Both the position numbers and the translations under genes were made by a program. Of a DNA stretch of 64,000 bases, positions 26,901-40,629 are shown in pieces. The notes below the pieces were generated by a model. The model saw nothing but the letters and a program-made list of their open reading frames with translations. It ran no database searches and was not told where the DNA came from. Origin of the DNA: Antechinus flavipes (Eukaryota); contig NC_067403.1 of NCBI RefSeq assembly GCF_016432865.1, positions 242,730,001 through 242,794,000 on the forward strand. The letters are read 5' to 3'. Numbering within the stretch: the first letter of the stretch is position 1; each line of letters opens with the position of its first letter.

Positions 26901-28634
26901 TCACATTCTCAGATTCTTAAGGATTGAAAAATCAATCAATAGAGTTTTTTGTTCATTAGTTTTCCTCTTGGTTTCATCAAAATCAAAAATGTGAAAAAGA
27001 AACAGTTTGAAGATCAAAAATACATGTCAATCACTACTCAGATGAGAAAACTGTAACTTATGTTTCTCTTTTTTATTCCAAATCCTGTCTTTGCTTCTGT
27101 TTCTTTTATTTATTTATTTATTTTACATATCTTTGTTTATTTTCAGGAGAATCTTAAAGTTATGACCCTAATACTGTAGTCTATGACTGCAGATAAAAAA
27201 AAAAAAAAAACAACATAATGTCAAGGGCAGAAAAGTAGTTTTTTCAATATTTAAATTGAAAATTATATCTTGACAATTTCCTCTAGATTCTGAGATGGAA
27301 ACTGTAGCTTCAATTCACATGGTTACCTTACCTTCCAGTGTTTTATCTAATGGGTTATATTTTGTTATGATTTACTGTGACATATTTAACAAATATTTCA
27401 AATTTTGGATGATTCCAATTTAAAATTACTCCTTAGATCATTATGGTCTTGTGTGAGAGAGGATAGGTCTTGAAATTTCTGCATCTGCATCTGTTTTATT
27501 TATAGTCTCTTTGTTTCTTAGTTCCTTTTCTTGATAAATGGTTCATTTGTATGCTAATTTAGACTAACTGGTTTACTAAGAACTTTTCCCCCTCACATAT
27601 ACCCAAGTGTTGACCCTTGTAAATTTTATTATTTTCATTTTACAGAGGAAGAAACTGAAACTCAGAAAGGTGAAAAATCAGAAGCTGGATCAAAAATGAA
27701 ACATTCTGAAACTGCATTTTTTAAAAATTCCATATTTACCTTATTCACTTCCAAACTCGTTTTAAGAATTAAATGTTGTTCTATATGATGTGAGATATCA
27801 TGTCAGATTTGGCAACAAATGATTGCAGGCACTAAAAGCTGGGGTTCAGTCAAGTGAAGAATTTGCAATGGACAGTCTCTTTGGCAAAAGGTAGAATTAT
27901 TTAGAGGAATGGGTTACAGACAACAGACACTGGGGAGAGTAAATATGAAATAGTGTGGGAGAGCATATAAAAGGCAAGTTCCTTAGTGGATTCACAATTA
28001 CCTAGTAGAAAGGGAATACCCCTTAAAGTTGGGTTATATCCTTAGCTAGTTATACTCTTACTTTCATGGTAAAGTACCTAAAAGGTACTTAGCAACCTAA
28101 AAGATTTAGTTAGCTGTAAGAAGGAAAAGCATAGTGGGGTTGGGAAGCATAGTGGAGTTGGAGCAGATACTGTCTGACATGGGGGAAGAGGAAGGGGAAA
28201 AACACCAGGGGGAATCATGGGAGACTGACCCAAAGAAAGGTAGTAGCCACAGGATGGCCCATAAGTATATTTTAAAGATGAAATTTAACTTCAGGTATAT
28301 TACTACTATTCCTGCAGAACAAGGCAAGGTAAGACTGCTCAAGATCTTCACAGAGGATGGGTCTCAGGAGTTTGACATTACTTGGATTTTTGACTGGACT
28401 ACATGCCCAAAGGGTGGGACCAAGGTGCTAAACTGATAACTATCAGAACCTTCTGCCTGCTTGTTTCAAGGATCAGTTTTTTTTTAGTTTCTCTTGGTCT
28501 AAAACACCATTCAGGACTACATTGCTGTAGATTAAATTTCTTTGAATATAATGAATGAAATCCTTCTAAGGAAACACTATGAAATGTATGAATAAAAAAT
28601 CAGATCCACTAAAGTTTGTGGAGGCCGTGGTGAA

Positions 28635-28652
28635 ACTTACCCTAGTATGATA
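28635..28652 (-). other. Candidate 5' UTR exon splice donor (ACTAGG|GTAAGT)
   Basis: Consensus donor, conserved at 51130-51147 in the paralog. Confidence 0.55.
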
Positions 28653-28997
28653 TATGTATAGAGATGCTTTTTCGTGTATTCCAAAGAATTCGGACTTTCA
28701 TGATGATATTTCCATTGGATAGAGATGGTGGCAAAGTTATTCAACCTCTGAGTTAGTCAGTGATTAATGGAAATATTCTCAGGATTTTTCTATTCAGGAT
28801 CTCCTTCACCTTAGAGTTAGGAAAACAGCTATATTCAGTAATATTTTTTCTAACAATAAAAAACAAAACAAAACAGATATTAAGGATTTCATATGTGTCC
28901 TGATGACAAGAAGAAATGAATTGAAATGACTATCTATGTTTATATCTTATCTACCCTTATCTAGACACTGACAAATATATCTAAATAGAATCCTATA

Positions 28998-29055
28998 AAA
29001 GTTCAGGGACCTATTTTCATACCCAGAGCTGTATTCTCAGAAGAATTAATTATCA
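28998..29055 (-). promoter_or_regulatory. Candidate OR promoter element (O/E-like site next to a homeodomain TAATTA) for the 22604-23530 gene
   Basis: TCTCAGAAG followed by AATTAATTA. The block is more conserved with 51538-51593 than the flanks are. Confidence 0.5.
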
Positions 29056-29759
29056 ACAGTGTCAGAAGTACTTTACCTTAGAAGATCTATTACTTTGAGA
29101 ATATGTTTGTGAAACAATGCATGTGTGTTGTGTTCATTCTTCTCTCTTTATTAGAGACTTCAATTATGTGCACTAGAAGTGAGTTGATTAAATATGCCAA
29201 TTAGAAAGAAGCCTTCAGAATTTTAGTTCCTGCCTCACAAAATATTTGATGGACTACATGAGGGACAGAATCGGGGAATATTAGCAATTATGATGTATCC
29301 TCCATACTGACTGAATGGGAGTCAACAATTGTAGATCCTTAATTGACTATCCACTTACTTTACCGATTCAACTAGCATTAATGAATTTAGTAAAAGCTGT
29401 GCTCAAATACACTATAAGGTAGAAGGAATAATGATTGTATACAATCAGTATGGATGGTTTTTCTCTTATAGATGTAAATGAAAGCGGTTGTGATTTTTTT
29501 CATGAGACTTTGGATGGAACAGGAAACAGGAATATCCATTTTTACTGTTGTTGTTTATCCTTTTGGTTTTAATCCTCATTTCATACTATTTCAGAGCCCT
29601 ATTGCAATGATATGGATCTTCCAATTCAGCTGAGTCAGCTTAAACATTCCCAAGTCAGACATTCACACTGTTTCTGTGATGATTTTCACAAGTATTTTTA
29701 GAATGATTATCTTTTGTGAAAGTCATTTTTTTAAAAGTGTAGACATTGCCCAAATGATA

Positions 29760-30130
29760 AATTTTCAAAGAAAATAAACAACTTTAAAGTGAAATTCAAA
29801 TCTGAACTAGAAATCATAATAGGAAAATTGTTCAAAATCTCTAATATTGGAAGAAATTAAAATTAAAACAACTCTGAGGTTCTACCTTATATTTATCATT
29901 TTGGCAAAGTTGGAAAAAAAGATAAATGGAAAATGTTGGAAATCCAACACATTATCTATTGTTATTAGAACTGTCAATTGGTCTAGTAATTCAGGAAAGT
30001 AATTTCAAGAAAAGTTATACAAGTCATTAAATTATGCAAGTCAAATTAAATTTGACTCCAAAATACTATAAAAGTATTTTATAAAAAGGATGAGAAGTAT
30101 GATTTCCACTATAAATTTATGCTGCATGGT
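29760..30130 (+). mobile_element. Old L1 ORF2 C-terminal fragment
   Basis: AAATTAAAACAACTCTGAGGTTCTACC..TTGGCAAAG..ATGTTGGA. Confidence 0.65.
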
Positions 30131-31360
30131 TTAAACTGTCTTCACTGGTTTATACAATGATACAATACCTCCCTTACCAATGCTCTAAATTCCTCTCAAA
30201 GATGGAGCTTCCAAAGTTTTCATCCATCCTCTAACCATACATGACTTTTCTTTCCCTAACTCTTTCAAGTTGAGAACCTTACCTAATGTATTATTTAAAA
30301 AAAACAAACAAACAAACTCTATTCACTCTGAACTACTCCAGATTATCTCCTTTTATCATAAGTATCACTCAGAAGTTTGTCTGGGGCTCTCTTCTTTTTC
30401 CCCTTTTATACTTCTTCACTTGATGACCTCAACAAAATCCTATGAATTTATCTAACTAAAAACTGAAAATGTTTTCTTTTCCCCTAAGTCCTTCCTCTCC
30501 TATCTTTTCTATTATTATAAAGAACAACAACATCTTGTTAGTTCCTCAGAATTGAAACATAAAGTCCTCCTGGATTCCTTTCTCTCACCTTCAATATTTG
30601 ATTTGTTATGAAGGTCTATAGATCTTCTCTTCGTAATATCTCTCTCAAATACTTCCTCTTTTTTCCTTTCACTGTTCTCCAGTGTAATGCAAGCCCTTAT
30701 CAACTCACTCCCTAATTACTAAAGTAATCTATTGAAAGGTCTACTTGCTTAATGTTTCTCTCCATACCAATGTATTCCTCATTCATATTCTAAAATGATT
30801 ACCCTAAAACATAGATCCAACCATTTCCCTATCAACACTATAGTCACACTCAATTCCAGTGCCATCATCTTACCTTCTTAAGTAAATTTGTAATGTTGGT
30901 AGTTGGCATTCAAAATTGTTCATAACCTACCCTTATTTGTCAAGTCTTCTCACATATTACTTCCCAACATGTACTCTTCCATATAGTGACCAATAGGTTT
31001 CATTTCTGAAACAAGACAGTCCAGCTCTTGGTTCTGGACATTTTCTCTGACTGTCCTCTATTTTGCAAACACACTCCCTCCTCTTTCCTCACTAATGACC
31101 TTCTTGGCTTCCTTTGAATCTGATATAAAATTCTGTGTTGTATAGGAAGTCTTCCCTAATCCCTCTCAATTCCAGTGATTTTTCTCTTTCAATTATTTTC
31201 TATTTATCCTTAGCTTTGTATATATTTATTTACATATGTGTCCCCCAATAGACTGTAAACTCCTTGAGAGCAGGGGCTGTTTTTTGCCTCTTTTTATAAT
31301 CCCAGAATTTATTATAGTGTTTTGAACATAATAGGTTTTCAATAAACATTTATTAAAGAG
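30130..31360 (+). mobile_element. L2 LINE 3' fragment
   Basis: L2 body ending in GACTGTAAACTCCTTGAGAGCAGGGGCTG...TAGGTTTTCAATAAACATTTATT. Confidence 0.8.
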
Positions 31361-31364
31361 GTGA

Positions 31365-31700
31365 GGAGAGAGTCATCTGAAACTAGAAGAAGGACTGTGG
31401 AGATCGAATATGGATCACAAAATAGTATTTTCACTTCTTTGTTGTTGTTTGCTTTTTTTCTTCCTCATTTTTTTTTCCTTTTTGATCTGATTATTTTTGT
31501 TCAGCATGTTAAATGTGTAAATATGTAGAGAAGAAATGCACACATTTTAAACATATATTGAATTACTTGCTGTCAAGGGAAAATGGTAGAAAGAAGGGAG
31601 GGACAAAAATTTGGAATACAAGGTTTTGCTAGGGTGAATGTTGAAAACTATCTTTGCATATATTTTGAAAATAAAAGGCTATTAAAATCATTTATTAAAT
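31365..31700 (+). mobile_element. L1 3' UTR with tail
   Basis: AGAAGGACTGTGGAGATCGAATATGGATCACAAAATAGTATTTTCAC...GAAAATAAAAGGCTATTAAAA. Confidence 0.8.
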
Positions 31701-32978
31701 AAATGAATGAAAATTTCAAAAAGTGGAGACTTGTATTATTCAGTGAAGTAGGCAGAAGCAGGAGAATTTTATATATATATATATATATATATAATAACAT
31801 TATTGTTAAGATAAATAACTTGGAAAGCCTTAGAACTTGGGTTTAGAGCTTTATTTTATCAGAAATTCTGTTATACTTCAGATTCAGGGAACAACCTTCC
31901 ACCCTCGAGATAAGATGATCATCTACAATCTCATCATCATAAAGAAAAACTCTGATTTTTATTTGTAAACCTTCTCAATTTATCCTCAGTTGTTTCTCCT
32001 TTCTACCTAGAGCTTTAAATTCCTTCCAATGCCTTATTTTATAGAAACCTTATAAACTTGGTAACTCCACTTTTTTTTTTCAGTAGTTCTACTTAGCTTC
32101 AATTCTACTCTGAGTCTAATATACACTGTTCCACTTTCATGCAACCATGATACAGTCCCCAATCAAGAGTTCAATGTTCTTTGGCTTCAGATTCTGGTGC
32201 TCTACAAATAGGACTTGTGGTTAGTTACTTGGGGAATTAGAATGGTGTTGGATGCTTCCTTTTTATATAGATAGAGATAATTTTATTTAATTAGGAGTAA
32301 TTTTATTTTTTACCTTGATTTCATGTGCCTTCTTTCTCTTTTAGCTTATAAGCCCTGTGAAGGCAGAACCTTTTTCTTTTTCTTATTTGTATCCTTAGCA
32401 CTGATCTCAGTGACTGGCAAATAGGAAGTACATAATGAATCTTAAAATATTAAATGATTACAGAGTACTCATGAAGTAACATACTATTCACTTTTATCAA
32501 AGGGGTTATAGATATATGTATTAATAGAGATTTTGCTGACATGAAAAATGGAGCAATTTGACTCGATTGACTATTCATGTTTGCAACACATTTATTTTCT
32601 TTATTATTGATATATAATTTTGTAAAATGAAAAAAATAATTAGGGATAGGGAACATTTAAAAATAAGCAAGGATATCATCTCTTTCTTCAGTGAAGAGTA
32701 TTTTCATGTGTCTATCAAGGGGAATGCATAAACTATTCAGTAAAAATGTTTAATGACAAGACATCATTGTAACTCCTACTATGATCTTAGGTGCTATTTA
32801 GGAAGATGTGATCAAAGATGTCAATTACTTAATTTATAAGCTCTTATCCAAAGACAAGTTGACAACATGCATAAAGAGAGAGTTTAAAATCTTACTTTAA
32901 ATCAAGACTTCAGTGTTCTTTGTATTCAGATTCTGGTGCTCTATAAATAGGACTTCTTATTAGTTGACATATTAGAAC

Positions 32979-33110
32979 NNNNNNNNNNNNNNNNNNNNNN
33001 NNNNNNNNNNNNNNNNNNNNNNNNNNNNNNNNNNNNNNNNNNNNNNNNNNNNNNNNNNNNNNNNNNNNNNNNNNNNNNNNNNNNNNNNNNNNNNNNNNNN
33101 NNNNNNNNNN
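32979..33110. other. Assembly gap (132 N)
   Basis: N run. Confidence 1.
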
Positions 33111-36100
33111 TCATCAGATAAAAAAAAAAGAGTCCTTATAATCATGAAGTTTGTGCCATCTATGTCTTTGCTTTATCATCAACTTCCATAATATTATCCA
33201 TAGATCCTTTAGTCTCAAACTTTCAGTGTCTTATTTCCTTTATCCCTTACTTAAGTTACTACTTAATTGACCATTTATTTCTCCTTATAGACCATGTCCT
33301 TTTAATAACATTGTTTCTTTCATAAAAAGACATGTCTCCTTATAGACCATCTCCCTTTTTTAACATTGTTTCTTTCATTAAAAAAAACAAACAAACAACA
33401 CTTATCTTAAGTAAACTATCACAAAATGAAATAGCTTTAAAATTTTTGACAAATATGGAAGAAGAATGGTTATAAGTGTTTACTTCTGCTATGAAAATTC
33501 CTAGCAAAGAATTTTTTAAAAAGGTTCCAGATAAAACAATAGTCAATGAATCCAACAGGAAATGGCCTTTTCCAGTATCACATAGGGATAACCAGAAATT
33601 TATAATTGCTTGATGTAAATGAACTGAGATATCTGCTAATTGGTGGATGTAGCCAAGTGATCTTGTTTCTAGAATGTTGGAAGACTCAAAACCAAGTTCT
33701 GGTATGCAAGAAAATGGGAAAGAAGAAATTGGGACATGTAGAATTTCCTTATATTTTTCCTAGGAGTTTTGTGAAATTGCTAATTCTGTTTTGGAGTCAT
33801 AATATGGAATAAAACTAGCTCCTGAAGAAGTAAGTACATGCCATCCCACCACACTCCTTCCACTGATCTTCTGCATGGATCTGTTGATGAAGAAGAGACA
33901 TATCTTTCCATTGCATTTTTCCACTCACATCCTAACATATTCTTCATCATTCAGGGTGAAATGTAGCTCAAGAATAAGATTCACTTTTTCAGGAAACATC
34001 TCATTTGAAGACAATAAAAAGAAAAAAAAAACTAAATTGACTGGGAAACAGTATTGGAAAATATTATTATTTAATAAAGCCATCAAACTCAAGGTTCACA
34101 GATTGCCCCCAGAACTACATAAAAATATGTAGGACATATTTAACAAAATAAATAATAAAAATACAATGTAGATGAGATTAAAAATGTAGTTTTCTAAATT
34201 AATATGTGTTTTATAAAGATTTATTTTTATTTGATTTTGACACTATGATTTCAAAATGTCTCGTATCTATACTGTGACGGGATTTAAATCACAAAAGTTT
34301 GCCTTCAATCCTAGTGGTAATAAAAAAAAAATCCTGATGTTCACTGAATAGGTGAGTGACAAAATCATTATTTTGCTTTAGGTATATCACATTGTTACCA
34401 GTGTTTAAAACGTTGAATTGACAAGAATTGTGAGTAAAAAGGAGAAATTGTTAGGGTATTTATATAGTCCAGAACAAAGTCATGAAATTTTAATCTATGT
34501 TATTACCTATGAAAATTAAAATATTATCACAGAAAGGGAGTGATATGGAATAGAAAGTTAGGAAATGATTTGTAATATTGGAGGGAAGGTAGAATGTAGA
34601 CTCAGGAACAACTCTGAAGTTGTGTGTGTAGGTGACCGAATTGATGATATGCTTAGTCAGGATTAGAAAGTTTGTAATACTAGTAAATTATAGAAGTGAA
34701 TGATTCATTCTATTTTGAACATATTGGCTTTAAAATGTCTATAAGTGCATCTAGTTCTAAATGTCTAAAGGGAAGCCAGTAGTTTGGGAATGAAGCTCAG
34801 GAGGGGTATTAGGACTGGATATATAGCTCTGGGAGTCATCCTAATTGAACCCATGGGAGATAATGAGGTCACCAAATAGAATGTGCTGAGAAAAGAGGAC
34901 AGCACAGTTTCTTGAGGTACAATTACTTGTTATTTCAATGCAATGTTCCAACTTTTTCCCCTGATTTTAAGCTAAACAGAGGGTTTATTCTGAAGGTGAG
35001 ATTTTGCCTTCTCACTTTCTTGACTATGCCTTAAAAATCTACTGAAAGAAAATCCATGATGAAACCATTCATATCTTCTCTCCAACTTATGTGACATGTT
35101 TCATATTAGCACTTGTTCATAATATGATGATACCATTATGAAGATGGAAAAATCCAAGAAAATGAGCATAGGATATAATGGATTTTAAAGACTGGAGTGA
35201 AGAGTCTTCTGTATACTCTTAAATGTATTAGAAGGAATCATTAGCAGATTTTCAAAAATGTAAGTTTTTCATCATTGTGGATAGTTTAAGAACTCCTAAA
35301 TTCACTCTTGAATTAAAAAGGCTATTTGGTAAGGATTATAAAATGATTAAATTGAAGCCAGAAAGGAACTGGATTCAAATCTGACATCTGACATTTATTA
35401 ACTGTGAGTTACTGTCACTTAATTTTTTTCACCTAAGTCTTCTCATTTGTAAAATGGAGATAATAATGCTCACTATCTAAAAATGTAATTATGAAGCTTA
35501 AATGAGGTAATTAATACAAAATAGTTTATCATATTTAAAGGATTTGTTAGTGAAAACTACAATTAAAACAAATATCTCCTCTTTCTTGGTATTATTTTTT
35601 GATGTTTAAATAGTAAGGTCTCTTTCCAAAAGATAGTTTTGTAGACTCAATAATCTGGAGTTGGAAGTAACTCTTAAGTGTTTATCTCCCTTGGCAAGGC
35701 TAAATGGAAAAGTTCTCATTCTCAGGGTAACCACTTCACTGTGAAATTTTGATTTCTGGTATTTTGAATAATTTCTACTCTCTATTTTGATGTACTGAAA
35801 AGGAGTCCTGGGAAGAATCATAGTACAGTGGCAAGTATAATCATTTTGTTGTGAGGTAAACTGATTTTGGATGTTGAATATACCAATTCTAACCCTAAAT
35901 TATATTTGACCTCTGGTAAATTGTTCAGAATTTTGGACCTCATCTTCTTTATCTGTAAAAATAAGTTGATGGATTTGGTAAGCACTATATAATTTTTGAG
36001 ATCTATTTTATCTATATTGTTATGGCTACATTTTGTAACTAATTATTAACATCAATACTTTTACTCCCTTAAAGGAGAAATAAAGATCCTGATTCTGAAA

Positions 36101-37529
36101 CTCTCTCCTTATTAATAGAGATTTCCAGGTACCTGAGTTATCTTTGCTGAGATATTTGCAATCATAAGAGTAGAAGAAATAATCAAGAGATCGAATATAG
36201 AGATTTAAAAGAAAAAGTTGATTTTTGAAATTTATCCATATTTAGAGAAAAGTAATGCATAATGAGCTGGCAAAGAAGAATAATAAGGAACAAATTGGGG
36301 AAGAGAAATGAAGAGGAATCAGGAAAGATCAGAGACATGGAAACAAAACCATAAGTATCCAAGTGGAATTGGCATCAAAACCATGACAAAAGTAGTAGGG
36401 TCAAGGAATATAGAAGCTAAGAAAAGACCATTAAATTTTGGGGTAACAACATCATTAGTAAAATATAACCACTCAGCTGATAATTTGACTTTAGATACTC
36501 AATATATTTACCCTAAAGAAGAATTAATCTTGAGGAAGGGAAATGTTTGATGATTTTCTTGAATTATCTCAGCATTCTTATGGAAAATAAATGCATTACT
36601 TTTCATTTTACTAACCATTAAAAATATAGTTAAAATCAGTTTGTGAGTATTATTGGCAGCAGGAGAGGGGCAATTTTAATTCGATATGTAGAAAAACTAT
36701 AGAAATTGAATACATTGCCTCAATATATAATAAGATTCTTATCCAGACAATAGATTCCCCATAGGGTTATTGTCTTACTACAAGGAAAATTTATAGACTG
36801 AATTTGTTGCACTAGAAAAGACCCTTGAAGATACTTCTAATTCCAAAACCACCCACAACTAGCATTCTGTACTATTCTTTGCACCTATAATCAACATGTC
36901 TAAGTTTGAGATCAAAAAAAGTGGTGTGTTATTTTAGGAGAAGGATTACAATACAGATAGAAGATATAAAACCTGATGTCAACTTATTTTAAATATGCCA
37001 GAATGTTCTCTGAGTCTTAGTTTTCTCATTTGTGTTATAAAGGTATTTAGCAAGATAAACTTCTATGGGCATTTTATATACACATTCTAAACATACATAT
37101 ATACATATGTGAATATGTGTCTTTGTGTATAAACATTTTTCTCTAAAAAAATTTCAAATTATATACTATTGAAATTCTATAGTACCTATTTTAGAGATGA
37201 TTTTTAAAATGAGATCAAATTAATCTATATGTATCAGCCACATGAAGTTGATTACTTTTTTCTTCTAAATTCCACAGCATATTTTACATTTTCTTTAGTT
37301 ATTCCTATGTTCTATGAAACATTATGTCATCTGTGTTTGTCTCAGAATTTGCTTGTCAAAGAAAATCTGCTGCATAGAATTGTTGCACTATCATCTGATT
37401 TTCCCTCAACAAGATCCCTCTCTCTGATGTATATATAATAAGAATCAGGGCACACTGCATTTTTTATTTCCTTCACAGGCTAATTGTACATTATTTCAAA
37501 GTCTGACTCTTTTTATATAGCAAAATAAC

Positions 37530-37745
37530 TGTTTGGACATGCATACATATATTGTATTTAACTTATGCTTTAACATATTTAACATGTATTGTTCAACCTG
37601 CCATCTGGAGGAAGTGGTAGGGGAAGGAGGGAAACATGGAACAAAGGATTTGCAACTGTCAATGCTGAAAAATTACCTATGCATATATCTTGTAAAAAAA
37701 AAAGCTATAATAATAAAAAATATTAAGAAAGAATAAAAAAAAAGA
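37530..37745 (+). mobile_element. Short young L1 3' tail
   Basis: GGACATGCATACATATATTGTATTTAAC...GCTGAAAAATTACCTATGCATATATCTTGTAAA...AAAA. Confidence 0.85.
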
Positions 37746-38159
37746 ACCAGGGCATAGGTATAGCTGCTATATTATTCACAGTTCTTAGTATGCCAGGAAA
37801 AAATAATAATTGTCAAAACAATGGCTGGCTTTTGAAAGATTTTAGTATGAAATTAACATGAGGAAATTTTTTAACATAATTGCCTTCTCCCTAAAAATAT
37901 CCGTGACATTCTCTCCAATGGCTCTGTTGGGTAGGGAAAAGAATAATTGGGGTTATTAAATATGGGAATCAGTAACCTAGAGATGAGGAAACTTTCAGCA
38001 CTGGAGATCTTTACCAATAGAATAGTTGATTATTAAGATAATTTAATTATTAATTTGTTCAAGATTTAGGCATTGGTCCATGTAACATCCTATAATTCTT
38101 GGCTTTTCATTGCAGATAAGACGACTCTCATTTTCATATTCACTGCCTAAACTACATAG

Positions 38160-39089
38160 ATGGATAATGGAAGGAATGTGACTGAATTCATCTTATTAGG
38201 ACTTACACAGAATCCAAAGATGCAAAAAATAATTTTTATAGTATTTCTAGTCTTATACATGGTAACTCTGGCAGCCAACCTACTCATTGTGATCACCATT
38301 ACCACCAGTCATGCTTTAGGTTCCCCTATGTATTTCTTCCTGGCACACTTATCTTTCATAGACACAATTTATTCATCTTCTTCAGCTCCTAAACTCATAA
38401 TGGATTCCCTCCATGAGAAGAAAGTTATCTCCTTTAATGGATGCATGACCCAGGTCTACGCAGAACATATCTTTGGAGGTACTGAAATCATCCTGCTCAT
38501 GATAATGGCCTATGATAGATATGTAGCCATCTGTAAGCCTCTCCACTATATGACCATTATGAACAGGAAATTGTGTTTCATATTTGTGATTGTAGCTTGG
38601 ATAGGGGGCTTTCTCCATGCAACTATCCAGATTCTTTTCACAATCTGGCTCCCTTTCTGTGGACCTAATATTATAGATCATTTCATGTGTGACTTGTACC
38701 CTTTGCTCAATCTTGTCTGCATGGACACCCATATTCTTGGTCTATTTGTGGCAGCCAACAGTGGTTTCATCTGTCTGCTAAACTTCCTTTTCTTGATGGT
38801 ATCCTATGTTGTTATTCTCCATTCCCTGAAGAATCACAGTCTGGAAGGAAGACGTAAAGCCCTTTCCACCTGTATCTCCCACATTACTGTAGTTGTCTTA
38901 TCTTTTTTGCCTTGTATATTTGTGTACCTGAGACCTGTGGTCACTCTGCCTATAGACAAGGCAGTAGCTGTATTCTACACTATGATATCTCCATTATTAA
39001 ATCCTTTAATATATACCCTGAGGAACACAGAGATAAAAAATGCTATGAGGAAACTCTGGAATCAAAAAGTGAATTTACATAACAAATAA
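38160..39089 (+). CDS. Olfactory receptor OR4C12-like, intact 309 aa
   Basis: All OR motifs are intact. [16 protein letters not shown] and [18 protein letters not shown] match the OR4C12 type. Confidence 0.97.
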   Translation: MDNGRNVTEFILLGLTQNPKMQKIIFIVFLVLYMVTLAANLLIVITITTSHALGSPMYFFLAHLSFIDTIYSSSSAPKLIMDSLHEKKVISFNGCMTQVYAEHIFGGTEIILLMIMAYDRYVAICKPLHYMTIMNRKLCFIFVIVAWIGGFLHATIQILFTIWLPFCGPNIIDHFMCDLYPLLNLVCMDTHILGLFVAANSGFICLLNFLFLMVSYVVILHSLKNHSLEGRRKALSTCISHITVVVLSFLPCIFVYLRPVVTLPIDKAVAVFYTMISPLLNPLIYTLRNTEIKNAMRKLWNQKVNLHNK

Positions 39090-39929
39090 ATAGCATATTA
39101 TGGGAGAAAAATAAATCATGTTTATAAGCATGACCTTAGAGCAATCCTTAAGTAGCCTGGAGTGATGAAATCCTTGACCAAAGAAAATGAAATCTAGGGG
39201 ACATTGCCTACATTTATAAATTTTTCATCTGATTGAAAGGACCTTAGTTTGGCACATAATTAACCCAAACATTTTCCTATACATTGAAGATAATAATCAC
39301 AATATAAGAAGAAAAAAAGTAGTTATTTTATCCAGAAATTCTCAGGGAGCAAAATGCAAGAAGAAAGCAAATACTTATTTTCAAGGTCTAAGACTTTCAT
39401 ATGCAAAGACACATAATGGATCTACAAGTATGTTGTCTTCTCTCTGTTTTTTCTCATAGTGATTTCTTCGAATTCTCTCACTAGGTTGATACTCTTTACA
39501 AGTAACATTTGATGTTTGCTCTCCCAGCAGAGGCCATAAGGTGACCTAGGGTTTCTGTCTTATCCCAAATGGGTGTGTATTGCTATGTCTACTATGCCAT
39601 TATATGTCTTTATTCAAGAGGATTTTATGTCTAGATAATGATCTATGATATTGTAATTATGATTGCTTTAAACCAATGGTATATAAATATAAATATGAAC
39701 AATTGGTGGATAATTTTCAAATTTGTCAAAAGGATTTTAGCATCCCATTCAATCACCTCCACTGGTAGCTTGCCATCTTTCTTTATACAAGCCCTATTAA
39801 AAAAAAAAATGAAATGACACTCTTTGCACAAGATAGTTAAAAACCAAACCCCATTCTTCAGGATTGAAGCAGGAGAGACAATTCAACAAATTTTGGGTTT
39901 TCAACCTGGTACTGAGTTGTGTTGACATC

Positions 39930-40628
39930 AGTCAAAGAAAAAAAAATCAATACAAAAAAAATCTCAAAAAAAAAGCCACCATGGTAAAAGATTTAGACAT
40001 ATTTCAAAACATTTTTGAATTATATGTAAAATAAATTTTTAGTATTTTAAAAAATTGAATTCTAAATGTTTCATCCCTACCCTAAAACTTTATCATGAAG
40101 GCAAGCACTTCAGTACAGGTTACATAAGGTAATCATGCAAAAATATGTAAATATTACTCATACTGTGAAGGAATGCTGACAAGCCATCTTTTGTCAAACA
40201 CTTAAAAGTTTTTTTTTTTGTTTTTTTTTTTTTTGTTTTTTTAAGGCATGCTTTGTTCTGTATTCAGACTCGATCATTGTTTTCCCCTCTGGAAAGTGGG
40301 ATAGCATTTCCATCACAAGTCCTTTGGAATTATCTTGGATCCTTAAATTGATGAGAATCGCTGTCATTCACAGTTGATCATTATACAATATTGTTCTTAC
40401 TATTTACATTATTTTCCTAGACTCATTTCACTTTTCATCAGTTCATATAAATCTTTCTAGTTTTTTTTTTTTTTGCAAGCATCCTGGTCATCATTTCTTA
40501 CACAAGAGCATTCCATTACCTCAACATATTCACCCATTTCCCCATTAATAGGCATCCACTCTAATTCTTTGTCACTACTAAAAGGGGTGTTATAAATACT
40601 TCTGTATATATAGATCCTTGTATGTTTT
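39930..40628 (-). mobile_element. L1 3' end fragment
   Basis: Reverse L1 3' UTR (CACAGTTGATCATTATACAATATTG) through the ORF2 C-terminus. Confidence 0.75.
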
Positions 40629-40629
40629 G

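Larger units (their letters stand above)
19950..29500 (+). repeat. Ancient segmental duplication unit B1 (OR3 locus), paralogous to ~44540-51985
   Basis: Matches include 20245-20350 vs 44850-44960, 20820-20880 vs 45380-45440, 22555-22590 vs 46860-46900 and 29000-29055 vs 51540-51593. Confidence 0.85.
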
